Assembly: GCA_964360255.1 (NCBI GenBank)
Contig: CAYHVK010000018.1
Coordinates: forward strand, 56 to 64,055
Direction: 5' to 3'
Source: an uncultured Pseudobdellovibrionaceae bacterium
Lineage (GTDB): Bacteria; Bdellovibrionota; Bdellovibrionia; Bdellovibrionales; UBA1609
DNA length: 64,000 nucleotides
Of the stretch, positions 1 through 8,361 are shown piece after piece (position 1 is the first letter of the stretch; every line of letters starts with the position of its first letter). The position numbers and the translations under genes are program-made. The notes under the pieces are model-generated. The model saw only the letters and a program-made list of their open reading frames with translations. It was not told where the DNA came from and made no database searches.

Positions 1-657
1 CTATTTAGCGAACTTGACCTTCGTGCTATAGATTATGAAGTTACGTACAAAATAAGCGCGGATGATGGCATCTACGAAGTCTATCTAGAGAACCAAACGA
101 CAAAAGGAAACGATAAAGATATAATTACGCTTTCTGTGAATGGAGAAAGTTTGCCCAAAAACTCTGACAGTAAAAGCACATTTATGCATTTTGAAGATGT
201 AAAGTTGCCCAAAAATGATTCTGTGCCGATTAATCTCACACTGCGATGGTACGCAACTCCTTTTGAAGAGGAGTTACTAAAAAAGCTCGAACAAAAGGTG
301 AGTGAATGGCAGTCCCGCCTTAAAAAATCACAAGTGACGAAATTGATCACTTACCATCCCTCGCTGAACTATTTTCTAGAGCGATTTAAAATTGCTTCTC
401 CGGTTTATATTGAGAATAAGCCTGGGGTACCTCCATCGGGTCAGCACATTCTCAGTGTGATTCAATTGATGAAAGACCAGAAGCTTAAAATTATTCTCGT
501 GGATAATTTCTTCGACACAAAAATTGCCGATCGAATCGCCAAAGAAGTCCCTGGCGCGAAAGTGCGCTCTGTAGGAGTCGCCGTAGGCTCTGCATCAGAA
601 TTAAAAACTCTCGAAGATTTAATTGAGCAGTTGGTGCGAACAATCGAGGGCGCTTAG
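1..657 (+). CDS. Metal (Zn/Mn) ABC transporter substrate-binding protein, C-terminal part (5'-truncated by window; the part before ~262 does not look like ZnuA)
   Basis: Frame 1 is open from base 1. The segment ITYHPSLNYFLERF...IENKPGVPPSGQH...IADRIAKEVPGAKV is the ZnuA/TroA C-lobe. It is translationally coupled to a permease (TAGTG overlap). Confidence 0.75.
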   Translation, partial: LFSELDLRAIDYEVTYKISADDGIYEVYLENQTTKGNDKDIITLSVNGESLPKNSDSKSTFMHFEDVKLPKNDSVPINLTLRWYATPFEEELLKKLEQKVSEWQSRLKKSQVTKLITYHPSLNYFLERFKIASPVYIENKPGVPPSGQHILSVIQLMKDQKLKIILVDNFFDTKIADRIAKEVPGAKVRSVGVAVGSASELKTLEDLIEQLVRTIEGA

Positions 658-1463
658 TGGAAACGATTTATTTTTTCGCTGCACCTTTCGTCATGTGTTT
701 ATTGTTGATCGGTATACACTGTTATTTAGGTTTGCATGTTCTTGCGCGCGGAGTGGTCTTTGTTGATTTAAGTCTTGCGCAGGTGGCCTCCTTCGGGGCC
801 GCTTGTGCGCTTATTATTGATCCTGAACATCATTCACCTTACAGCTATTTTATTTCGCTGAGTTTTACTTTAGTAGCAGCGGCACTATTCGCCTTTGCCC
901 GCCGGTTCGAGCATCGAATTTCGCAAGAGGCATTGATCGGTATCACCTATGCATTTGCCTCAGCGGCACTTGTGCTGGTGGTCGATCGCTTAGCTCATGG
1001 TGCAGAACACTTAAAAGAAGCTTTGGTGGGACAAATTTTATGGGTCAGCTGGCAAGATGTATTAAAGACCGGCTTAATTTATTCGGTCGTCGGTTTGATT
1101 CACTATTTTTATCGTAAAGAAATCGTAGCCTCTTCATTTGAACGTGAATCCACCCATTGGGTTTGGGATTTCTTGTTCTATTCGCTGTTCGGCGTAGTGA
1201 TCACATCATCGACTTCAATCGCGGGGGTGCTGCTGGTCTTTTCATTCTTAATTGTACCCGCTGTCATTAGCACATTATTCTTCGATCGTTTAGTATCGCG
1301 CCTTCTCTTCGGGTGGAGCGGAGCCGCCATCATAAGTCTGATCGGAATGTGGGTGAGTTATAAATTTGATCTACCAGTCGGAGCCGTTCTCGTTGTGCTG
1401 CTCACATCCATGCCAATCTTAGCTCTTTTAGTTTTAGCTTTTCAGAAAAGAACAGCCGGTTGA
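657..1463 (+). CDS. Metal ABC transporter permease (ZnuB/ABC-3 family)
   Basis: Multi-TM protein with GLHVLARGVVFVDLSLAQVA and AGVLLVFSFLIVPA motifs; follows the SBP gene. Confidence 0.9.
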   Translation: METIYFFAAPFVMCLLLIGIHCYLGLHVLARGVVFVDLSLAQVASFGAACALIIDPEHHSPYSYFISLSFTLVAAALFAFARRFEHRISQEALIGITYAFASAALVLVVDRLAHGAEHLKEALVGQILWVSWQDVLKTGLIYSVVGLIHYFYRKEIVASSFERESTHWVWDFLFYSLFGVVITSSTSIAGVLLVFSFLIVPAVISTLFFDRLVSRLLFGWSGAAIISLIGMWVSYKFDLPVGAVLVVLLTSMPILALLVLAFQKRTAG

Positions 1464-1467
1464 ATAT

Positions 1468-1493
1468 TTCGTGCCCCTGCAGAGGGGCACGAA
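1468..1493. terminator. Hairpin between convergent genes (probable terminator)
   Basis: TTCGTGCCCCT-GCAG-AGGGGCACGAA, a perfect 11-bp stem. Confidence 0.7.
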
Positions 1494-1499
1494 GAGCAC

Positions 1500-2225
1500 T
1501 TAATCACGAAATTCAACTTTGCCAGTTTCTAGATCGTACATGGCTAAGCGAATTTTTAGTTTTCCAGATTGAATTGCTTTTGCAATGATGGCTGATCTTT
1601 TTTCAAGGTCGGTAGCCACACCCTTAACGTTACTCCAAGACTCATCCTTAACACCTGTTGATTGTGGTTTTCTTTTGTAAGAGGCAAGGCGAGGATGAAT
1701 ATCATGCACGAGCTCATTAAGAGCCGGGCTACCAGCGTCTGAACCATCAAGTGTTGCGAGTGCGGCTTTAACGGCGCCACACGATGTATGTCCCATGACA
1801 ACAAGTTGTTGCGAGCCCAGGTGGCTCACAGCATATTCCATTGAGGCAATGCCGGCGTCGTCTAATGTTTCACCAGCTGTCCGCACAGTGAATATTTCAC
1901 CTAACTTTTGATCGAACACAATTTCAGGTGGAACGCGGCTGTCACTACAAGAAAGAACAATTGAGTGAGGGGTTTGTCCTGTGGCTAGTCTTTTGACATC
2001 CTCGTAGCCTTGTCCGTCTTTGCGAAGCTTGTTTGTTGTGTATCTTGTGTTGCCGTTTTTCAACCACATCAAAGCTTTGTCAGGATCAATTCCAGGCACT
2101 TCGGCATGGTGATCTGAGTGGCTTGAATGGTGAGCCGCTTGCGATTTTGCCGTTGCCTCATGGGTTGTCTTAGCATTGGCAGTAATTGCAAATGTAAAAA
2201 TACAAAGTAAGACTTTGTTTAGCAT
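1500..2225 (-). CDS. Beta-class carbonic anhydrase, exported
   Basis: CSDSRV and GHTSCGAV zinc-ligand motifs; signal peptide and His-rich N-terminus. Confidence 0.95.
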   Translation of the reverse strand: MLNKVLLCIFTFAITANAKTTHEATAKSQAAHHSSHSDHHAEVPGIDPDKALMWLKNGNTRYTTNKLRKDGQGYEDVKRLATGQTPHSIVLSCSDSRVPPEIVFDQKLGEIFTVRTAGETLDDAGIASMEYAVSHLGSQQLVVMGHTSCGAVKAALATLDGSDAGSPALNELVHDIHPRLASYKRKPQSTGVKDESWSNVKGVATDLEKRSAIIAKAIQSGKLKIRLAMYDLETGKVEFRD

Positions 2226-2422
2226 AATAGTTCCTTTTCATTTAAGTGATAGTTCATGATTCAATCGAAAATAAAAGAAAACAAGATTGGTGAAGGCCAG
2301 TCGAGTGAGTAACTAAAGCGGTAAACAAAAAAGTTGTTCGGTCCTTAAGTCTAGGCTGTTGCCCAAGCCAATTTTTTTGTCCTGCTATTGGCATCTTATA
2401 GAAGTTCTGTTTAATTGAATGA

Positions 2423-3139
2423 GTGATTGATTGGTTTAAACCTATAGATGCTTATTGCGAACGCCTAGGCCCAGAATTTTGGGCTGAGCCTTTTAATGCT
2501 TTATCGAATATTTTTATGATCCTAGCGGGAGTGTGCGGGTTTTACCTTATTTCGCAAATTAAAAAGCCACAAATTGAGCCCTTTTCGCGTCGCTGGATCT
2601 ACCTTCTTTCATTTGCTGCAATCTTAACTGGCTTTGGCAGTTTCTTCTTTCACACTTATGCCAATTTCATCACTCTCTGGGGCGATATACTGCCCATTCT
2701 GTTTTTTATGGAGATTTTTTTGGCATTCACGTTGGTTCAAATTTTTCGTTGGAAATGGTGGTCAACCTCGTTGGCACTTGTAGTTTTTTTTGCCATCGCC
2801 GTGACGCTACAACTGCTGCTTCCGAAAAATTTATTAAATGGTTCTGTGACATACGTTCATGGTGTTTTTGTGCTGGTTTTGGTTCTTCATGCGTTAAACT
2901 ATCGTGTGCGCCTCAATCCAGATGATCGGCACTCAATATGTTTGATGAAAAGATATGCAATTGCCTTTGGGCTCTTTTTGTTAAGTCTATTTTTTCGCAC
3001 TTTTGATCACGCTTGGTGTGCGAGTTTTGCTATGGGTACACACTTTATTTGGCACATTTTGAATGGTTTTTTACTGTTCAGCCTCATTGAGATTCTAATT
3101 TTCGATTACAAACGGGATCAACGTCCAGGTCTCGTCTAG
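2423..3139 (+). CDS. Ceramidase-domain (CREST superfamily) membrane hydrolase
   Basis: YCER...AEPFNALSN, GSFFFH and HFIWH motifs; about 7 TM helices. Confidence 0.85.
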   Translation: MIDWFKPIDAYCERLGPEFWAEPFNALSNIFMILAGVCGFYLISQIKKPQIEPFSRRWIYLLSFAAILTGFGSFFFHTYANFITLWGDILPILFFMEIFLAFTLVQIFRWKWWSTSLALVVFFAIAVTLQLLLPKNLLNGSVTYVHGVFVLVLVLHALNYRVRLNPDDRHSICLMKRYAIAFGLFLLSLFFRTFDHAWCASFAMGTHFIWHILNGFLLFSLIEILIFDYKRDQRPGLV

Positions 3140-3208
3140 AATGCCTCAAAAAGAAGCACTCTGATTTATATATTTATAGAGAAATACCGAAAGGTTTCCT
3201 GAGAGATC

Positions 3209-3499
3209 ATGGAGGCTTCTATGTATTTACAAGGTAATCTGCAATCTGTGTTTGATGCATTATACGAAATGGGTTTGATCGAACCTGTGCTCGATATGGA
3301 TTGGGGCAACGCCATCACTGATCTCCGTGATAATCCTGACACTTTAAGTGAAGTCATCAAAGTTATTAATAAGCATCAAGGTGATCAAGAAGCTCTTCGT
3401 TCAGAATTAGAAAAATTCGATGATCGAATTTTGAGTTACCTAGCAATGGAAGTCGCTCGAGAGTTCGCCGACTTTCATGCTCGTGGAGAGGTTCATTAA
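3209..3499 (+). CDS. Small acidic hypothetical protein
   Basis: 96-aa ORF at the head of an apparent operon with the next two genes; the start could be the second Met (GGAGG upstream). Confidence 0.7.
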   Translation: MEASMYLQGNLQSVFDALYEMGLIEPVLDMDWGNAITDLRDNPDTLSEVIKVINKHQGDQEALRSELEKFDDRILSYLAMEVAREFADFHARGEVH

Positions 3500-3500
3500 T

Positions 3501-4070
3501 ATGAAATTATCAGTGTTAATTTTATCAATGCTATTCACAGTGACTGCGCAGGCGCAGTGGACGGTGGATTTTTCTCGACGTGCTGAACAAATGGGTCAGA
3601 TGGGCAAGAATGAAGTGCAGTTGAATGAGACTGTACCGGGTGCAGATATTGTCGTCACACAAGCTCCGGCTTCGACGGGTGGCGAAGAAAAAAGTTTATT
3701 TGACAAACTTTTCCAGCCGACAGGTCCAACACAAGAAATCGTAATTTTAAATACTGAGCAAGGTTTTGTGCCCTCAACACTTCGTGTGCGCGAAGGTGCG
3801 CAATATAAAATCATCGTTGTGAACGTCAATGAAAAAGCCAAGAATGTCAGCTTCGTGCTCGATTCTTTCTCTGAGCACCACGCCACTTTCTATGGCAAAC
3901 TCAAATCATTTATGATCTCGCCAAAGAAAGAGGGCGTTTACACTTTTGTTTCTCCTGAAACATCGGCGCAGGGTCGCCTGGTGGTTCACCCAGCATTCGG
4001 TAAAGATTCATCAATTCCAACTATGACATCTCCTGAAATGCGCGCTCCTGCTTCACTAGTGGCGGAGTAA
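3501..4070 (+). CDS. Exported cupredoxin-like domain protein
   Basis: Signal peptide from ATG 3501; GFVPSTLRVREG...GVYTFVSP...GRLVV cupredoxin pattern. Confidence 0.7.
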   Translation: MKLSVLILSMLFTVTAQAQWTVDFSRRAEQMGQMGKNEVQLNETVPGADIVVTQAPASTGGEEKSLFDKLFQPTGPTQEIVILNTEQGFVPSTLRVREGAQYKIIVVNVNEKAKNVSFVLDSFSEHHATFYGKLKSFMISPKKEGVYTFVSPETSAQGRLVVHPAFGKDSSIPTMTSPEMRAPASLVAE

Positions 4071-4072
4071 TT

Positions 4073-5176
4073 ATGTCTGGCGGCGGCGACTTTAAAAAAG
4101 ACACCGTACGCACGTTCTTGCGTCCTATTATCCATTTACTGGATGATGAAAAAATAACTGAAATTATGATTAATAGCTTCGACGAAATTTGGGTCGAAAT
4201 TGCTGGTAAGGTTCATAAGACCGACGTTAAATTCCATGATGAAGATGCGCTCAGAGCAGCTGTGACTAACATTGCTCAGCAAGTGGGTCGTTCGATTAGC
4301 GAGCAAGAGCCTCGTCTTGATGCTCGTTTGCCCGAAGGCTATCGTATTCATGCCGTTTTGCCGCCGCTCGCTCGTAAAGGTACAACACTCGCCATTCGTA
4401 AATTCTCGAGCACTCAAATGACTTTCAAAGACTATGTGCGCATCGGTGCCATCACGGTAGATGCGGCTCAGTTTTTAGATCTCTCAATGAAGCTTGGTAA
4501 AAATATTCTGGTGAGTGGCGGTACAGGTTCGGGTAAAACAACGCTTCTTGGGGTTTTATGTGAACGCATTCCTTCTGGTCAGCGCATTATTGTTATCGAA
4601 GATGCGAGTGAATTAAAAATTGATTACGATCACATCGTATTTTTTGAAACTCGTATGGCGGATAATAAGGGTCTTAAAGAAGTCACCATTCGTGATTTAT
4701 TAAAATCAAGTTTACGTTTACGTCCAGATCGCATCATCGTCGGAGAAGTCCGCTCAGAAGAAGCGCTCGAATTAATTCAAGCGATGAACACGGGTCATAA
4801 AGGTTGCCTCGGAACCATTCACGCCAACACTGCGACCGACTCTTTAATTCGTTTAGAGGCATTGGCCCAAGGCGCAGAAAGTAAACTCAGCGAGAAAGCT
4901 CTACGTTCGCAGATCGTTTCGGCTATTGATTTAGTGGTTCAGATTTCACGCTACTCAGACGGCTCTCGCCGCATTGCAGAAATTGCCGAGGTGCGTGGTT
5001 TTACTCCTGACGGAGCTTACGATGTAGCCTCTCTTTTCCAAATGGGACGCCTTCTAAAAGGAGCTGATGGCAAACTTCAAGGCCAGATCGAAGCTACCGG
5101 CGAGCTGCCCAGCTTTATGAGCGAAATCGAAGACAATCAGATTCCCTTCCCTCGCACTAAGTTTAAAGCAGCTTAG
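4073..5176 (+). CDS. tadA: CpaF/TadA family (VirB11-like) pilus assembly ATPase
   Basis: Walker A GGTGSGKTT, LRLRPDRIIVGEVR, AMNTGH...TIHAN. Confidence 0.9.
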   Translation: MSGGGDFKKDTVRTFLRPIIHLLDDEKITEIMINSFDEIWVEIAGKVHKTDVKFHDEDALRAAVTNIAQQVGRSISEQEPRLDARLPEGYRIHAVLPPLARKGTTLAIRKFSSTQMTFKDYVRIGAITVDAAQFLDLSMKLGKNILVSGGTGSGKTTLLGVLCERIPSGQRIIVIEDASELKIDYDHIVFFETRMADNKGLKEVTIRDLLKSSLRLRPDRIIVGEVRSEEALELIQAMNTGHKGCLGTIHANTATDSLIRLEALAQGAESKLSEKALRSQIVSAIDLVVQISRYSDGSRRIAEIAEVRGFTPDGAYDVASLFQMGRLLKGADGKLQGQIEATGELPSFMSEIEDNQIPFPRTKFKAA

Positions 5177-5221
5177 GCTGTTTTATTTGAATTCTCAGTA
5201 TCGCTGTTATAACCATAGCCC

Positions 5222-6238
5222 GTGGATTTTAGTGGGAAAATCACCAACTCAGTCATACTTTTTTTAAAGCAAAAAGGCGTGTCAACCTCGAGCATTTTCG
5301 AGTTGACCGATTTGCCTGCGGAACTGCTTTGCGATCCATCAACTTGGTTACCGGCTAAAAAAGTTGAAAACTTCTTATCTGTTATCGAAGAAAAATTTCA
5401 CGCATTAACACCCAACGCAGTTTTGATCGAAATGATCGGCCACGATGCCAAAGAACTTCGGGGTTGGGGTGTACTCGATAGTGTTCTCCGTATGATGGAG
5501 AACCCGCAAGAAATTTACTTACAGCCGCATCGTTTTATTTCTTACTTTGTTTCTCCGTCACCACCCATTGCGAATCTTACGCGCGCAGATTCTTCGGTTT
5601 CTTTTGATTTACCAATTGCCTGGGAAGAGTATCCGCAAGTGAATTGTTATTTGAAGGCTTCGCTTGAAAGTTTGCCGGTGTTTATCGGCAACAACATGGC
5701 TGAAGTGAAATGGGCGCAGAATAGCATTTCGATCACCTGGTGTTTAAAGCAGGCCACATTTGAAGTGGGCGAACTTAAAGAGCGCAAGATGGCTCCAGAA
5801 TTTGTTGAGTCCCTTATCGAGACTCTCGAGAAAACCGAACAAGCTCTCGTTGATCGCACGCGTGAGCTTGATCGCATTCGCCAAGAAAATCAATTGGCGG
5901 CAAAATCAAATACAACTGATCTAGAGAAATGGTTTCATCTTTACCGCAATTTTAATCGTTACACTCAGCAGGTGATGAAACTGCAAGATTATTTCACGCG
6001 CTCGAAGCAGCTCGTGACCTTACTTGTGGCTCAAGACCGTATGAGCCCGCAAGTGAAAGAGGCGATGAAGCGGGTTGGTTGGGAGAGCATCCAGTCTCAA
6101 TTCCCAGAAATTGCGACCTCTTTACTCAATGACTTTGAAGGCGAAAAACAATTACTCAACACGGAGAATCTACATGCCAAAAATTCAGAAGGTCCACGCC
6201 CGCGAAATTCTGGACAGTCGTGGTTTGCCAACAGTTGA
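5222..6238 (+). CDS. Hypothetical protein (sensor-like N-terminal domain plus coiled coil)
   Basis: 338-aa ORF preceded by TTGAAT...TGTTATAAC promoter-like elements; overlaps the eno start. Confidence 0.75.
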   Translation: MDFSGKITNSVILFLKQKGVSTSSIFELTDLPAELLCDPSTWLPAKKVENFLSVIEEKFHALTPNAVLIEMIGHDAKELRGWGVLDSVLRMMENPQEIYLQPHRFISYFVSPSPPIANLTRADSSVSFDLPIAWEEYPQVNCYLKASLESLPVFIGNNMAEVKWAQNSISITWCLKQATFEVGELKERKMAPEFVESLIETLEKTEQALVDRTRELDRIRQENQLAAKSNTTDLEKWFHLYRNFNRYTQQVMKLQDYFTRSKQLVTLLVAQDRMSPQVKEAMKRVGWESIQSQFPEIATSLLNDFEGEKQLLNTENLHAKNSEGPRPRNSGQSWFANS

Positions 6239-7442
6239 AGTTGAGCTGACTCTCGATAATGGTGTAGTCGCTCGCTCAGCAGTTCCATCAGGTGCATCGA
6301 CTGGAGCTCATGAAGCTCACGAACTTCGCGATGGCGACAAAAAACGATATCATGGCAAAGGCACGCGCACGGCAGTTGAAAATGTCATTAAAATTTTAGG
6401 CCCTGCGGTGAACGGTCTTGAAGTTTCAGATCAGAAAAAAATCGACGACACTTTAATTTCTACCGACGGCACGCCGAACAAAGCTAAACTTGGCGCCAAT
6501 GCCATTCTTGGTATTTCTCTCGCATCAGCAAAAGCCAATGCCCTTGATAAAAAACTTTGGCTTTTTGAATCTCTCACCCCTTCTGCAGTTCGTTTGCCGG
6601 TTCCACTGATGAACGTCATGAATGGTGGAGCGCACGCCAACAACGGTCTCGATGTACAAGAGTTTATGATTGCTCCAGTGAGTAGCGCGACTTTTGCTGA
6701 GGCGCTTCGTATGGGCAGTGAGATTTTTCAATCACTTAAAAAAATCATCAGCGAGAAGGGCCTATCAACGGCTGTGGGTGATGAGGGTGGATTTGCTCCT
6801 AAACTAAAAAATAACCAAGAGGCTCTTGAGCTAGTTATGATGGCCATTGAAAAAACAGGTTATCGTGCTGGTGAAGATGTTTATTTAGCTTTAGATGTAG
6901 CGGCCACTGAATTTTTTGCTGATGGTCAATACAACTGGGAGGGTTCAAAAATTACGCCCGAACAAATGGGTGAAATTTATTCGGGCTGGGCAAAGAAATT
7001 CCCGATTCGCAGTATTGAAGATGGTTTTGCTGAAGATGATTGGACAGGTTGGCAGAGCTTTACAAAACTTCAGGGCAAGGCTTTGCAGCTTGTTGGTGAT
7101 GATTTATTCGTAACAAATCCAGCGCGTCTCTCGCGCGGTATTGAAGAGAAATCGGCTAATTCAATTCTTGTGAAAGTAAATCAAATCGGAACTCTAACTG
7201 AAACTCGTCGTGCGGTAGAGATGGCTCTCAAGGCCAACTTCCATGCCGTGATGTCTCACCGTAGTGGTGAAACTGAAGACACTACGATTGCTGATTTAGC
7301 CGTAGGTCTAGGTTGTCAGCAAATTAAAACGGGCAGTCTGTGCCGTAGCGAACGTATCGCTAAGTACAATCAACTCCTGCGCATTGAAGAATACCTAGGC
7401 TCTAAAGCTCAATTCTGGGGCAATAAAGCTTTTGCATTTTAA
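6174..7442 (+). CDS. eno: Enolase
   Basis: [51 protein letters not shown]; ATG 6174 with GGAG RBS. Confidence 0.99.
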   Translation: MPKIQKVHAREILDSRGLPTVEVELTLDNGVVARSAVPSGASTGAHEAHELRDGDKKRYHGKGTRTAVENVIKILGPAVNGLEVSDQKKIDDTLISTDGTPNKAKLGANAILGISLASAKANALDKKLWLFESLTPSAVRLPVPLMNVMNGGAHANNGLDVQEFMIAPVSSATFAEALRMGSEIFQSLKKIISEKGLSTAVGDEGGFAPKLKNNQEALELVMMAIEKTGYRAGEDVYLALDVAATEFFADGQYNWEGSKITPEQMGEIYSGWAKKFPIRSIEDGFAEDDWTGWQSFTKLQGKALQLVGDDLFVTNPARLSRGIEEKSANSILVKVNQIGTLTETRRAVEMALKANFHAVMSHRSGETEDTTIADLAVGLGCQQIKTGSLCRSERIAKYNQLLRIEEYLGSKAQFWGNKAFAF

Positions 7443-7464
7443 GGGTTTAGCCTTAGACTTATAG

Positions 7465-7791
7465 GTGATGATTCGTTCGCTCTTTAAAACGATATCGACT
7501 TTCGTGACGGAACTCCTGCAAAGGCCAGTTCAAGTCCTCTCCATTTGCCTTTTTCTTCTCTTCGTCGGTCTTATACTTGATGGCAGTCTTTTTAGACTGT
7601 GGGTGCTTCACCGCGATTCTAATGGAATCGAACGCAAGATGAGGAGTGTTCGCGCCGCTACAGGCGAGATTCAAATGAAGATTAAAAAAGCAAAAGACCC
7701 ACAATTTATTGAAATTCAGGCTCGTGATCGTTTCGAGCTGGCAGAAGAAGGCGACCTCATTTTCGTCTTCTCAGATTCAGAGGATAATTAA
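7465..7791 (+). CDS. ftsB: Septum formation initiator (FtsB/DivIC family)
   Basis: TM helix plus coiled coil, DPQFIEIQARDRFELAEEGDLIF; eno-ftsB order is conserved. Confidence 0.8.
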   Translation: MMIRSLFKTISTFVTELLQRPVQVLSICLFLLFVGLILDGSLFRLWVLHRDSNGIERKMRSVRAATGEIQMKIKKAKDPQFIEIQARDRFELAEEGDLIFVFSDSEDN

Positions 7792-7828
7792 CTATCGAAA
7801 TCAAAACTATTCCATGGAGGAAAAGCGA

Positions 7829-8032
7829 GTGATTTTAGGACGAATTAAGTGCTATTTCGAAGCGCGGGGATACGGTTTTATTGAAGACAACGATGGTCGA
7901 GAGGTTTATTTTCACCTCTCTGTGGTTGAGGGATCACAATCGGACACAATCCGAGATGGCGCCAGCGTCTATTTTGATGTAATTAGTACGGGTATAGGAT
8001 TAGAAGCCTTTCACGTTAGAGTCATGGGATAA
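7829..8032 (+). CDS. Cold-shock domain protein
   Basis: RNP1 RGYGFI and RNP2 VYFHLS motifs; GTG 7829 lies 8 nt after GGAGG. Confidence 0.85.
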   Translation: MILGRIKCYFEARGYGFIEDNDGREVYFHLSVVEGSQSDTIRDGASVYFDVISTGIGLEAFHVRVMG

Positions 8033-8070
8033 ATTTATTTTATTCGCGGCTCTTTCATTAGGAGTCGCGA

Positions 8071-8346
8071 ATGAATTGGTCTGCAGAAAAAATCACAGAA
8101 TTACGTTTATGCTTAGGCTGGTCTGTGGCCGATTTTTCTCGTCGTTTCGGCGCGACAAGTGCCACCATTCAAAGCTGGGAAGCGGGTCAATCTTTGCCCA
8201 CAGCAGATGATTTAAGACAACTCGATTTTCTTTCATTTCACCTGACAAGTTACAGCGATGTTATTGAGGCTCAGCCAAAAGCTGACGCGGTTATATTGAA
8301 TAACAATTATGAACAAGTTCATCGTGAATTAACTCGTAAAGAGTAG
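8071..8346 (+). CDS. XRE-family helix-turn-helix protein
   Basis: ITELRLCLGWSVADFSRRFGATSATIQSWEAGQSLP. Confidence 0.85.
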   Translation: MNWSAEKITELRLCLGWSVADFSRRFGATSATIQSWEAGQSLPTADDLRQLDFLSFHLTSYSDVIEAQPKADAVILNNNYEQVHRELTRKE

Positions 8347-8361
8347 TAATAATTCAAAATT

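Noticed and set aside
4073-5176. Conjugative or type IV secretion system
   Set aside because: A single CpaF-type ATPase; no VirB4, coupling protein or relaxase.
6075-6173. N-terminally extended enolase
   Set aside because: Homology and the RBS point to ATG 6174.
8071-8346. Toxin-antitoxin system
   Set aside because: HigA/MqsA-like HTH, but the neighbours are a cold-shock gene and polA; no toxin ORF.
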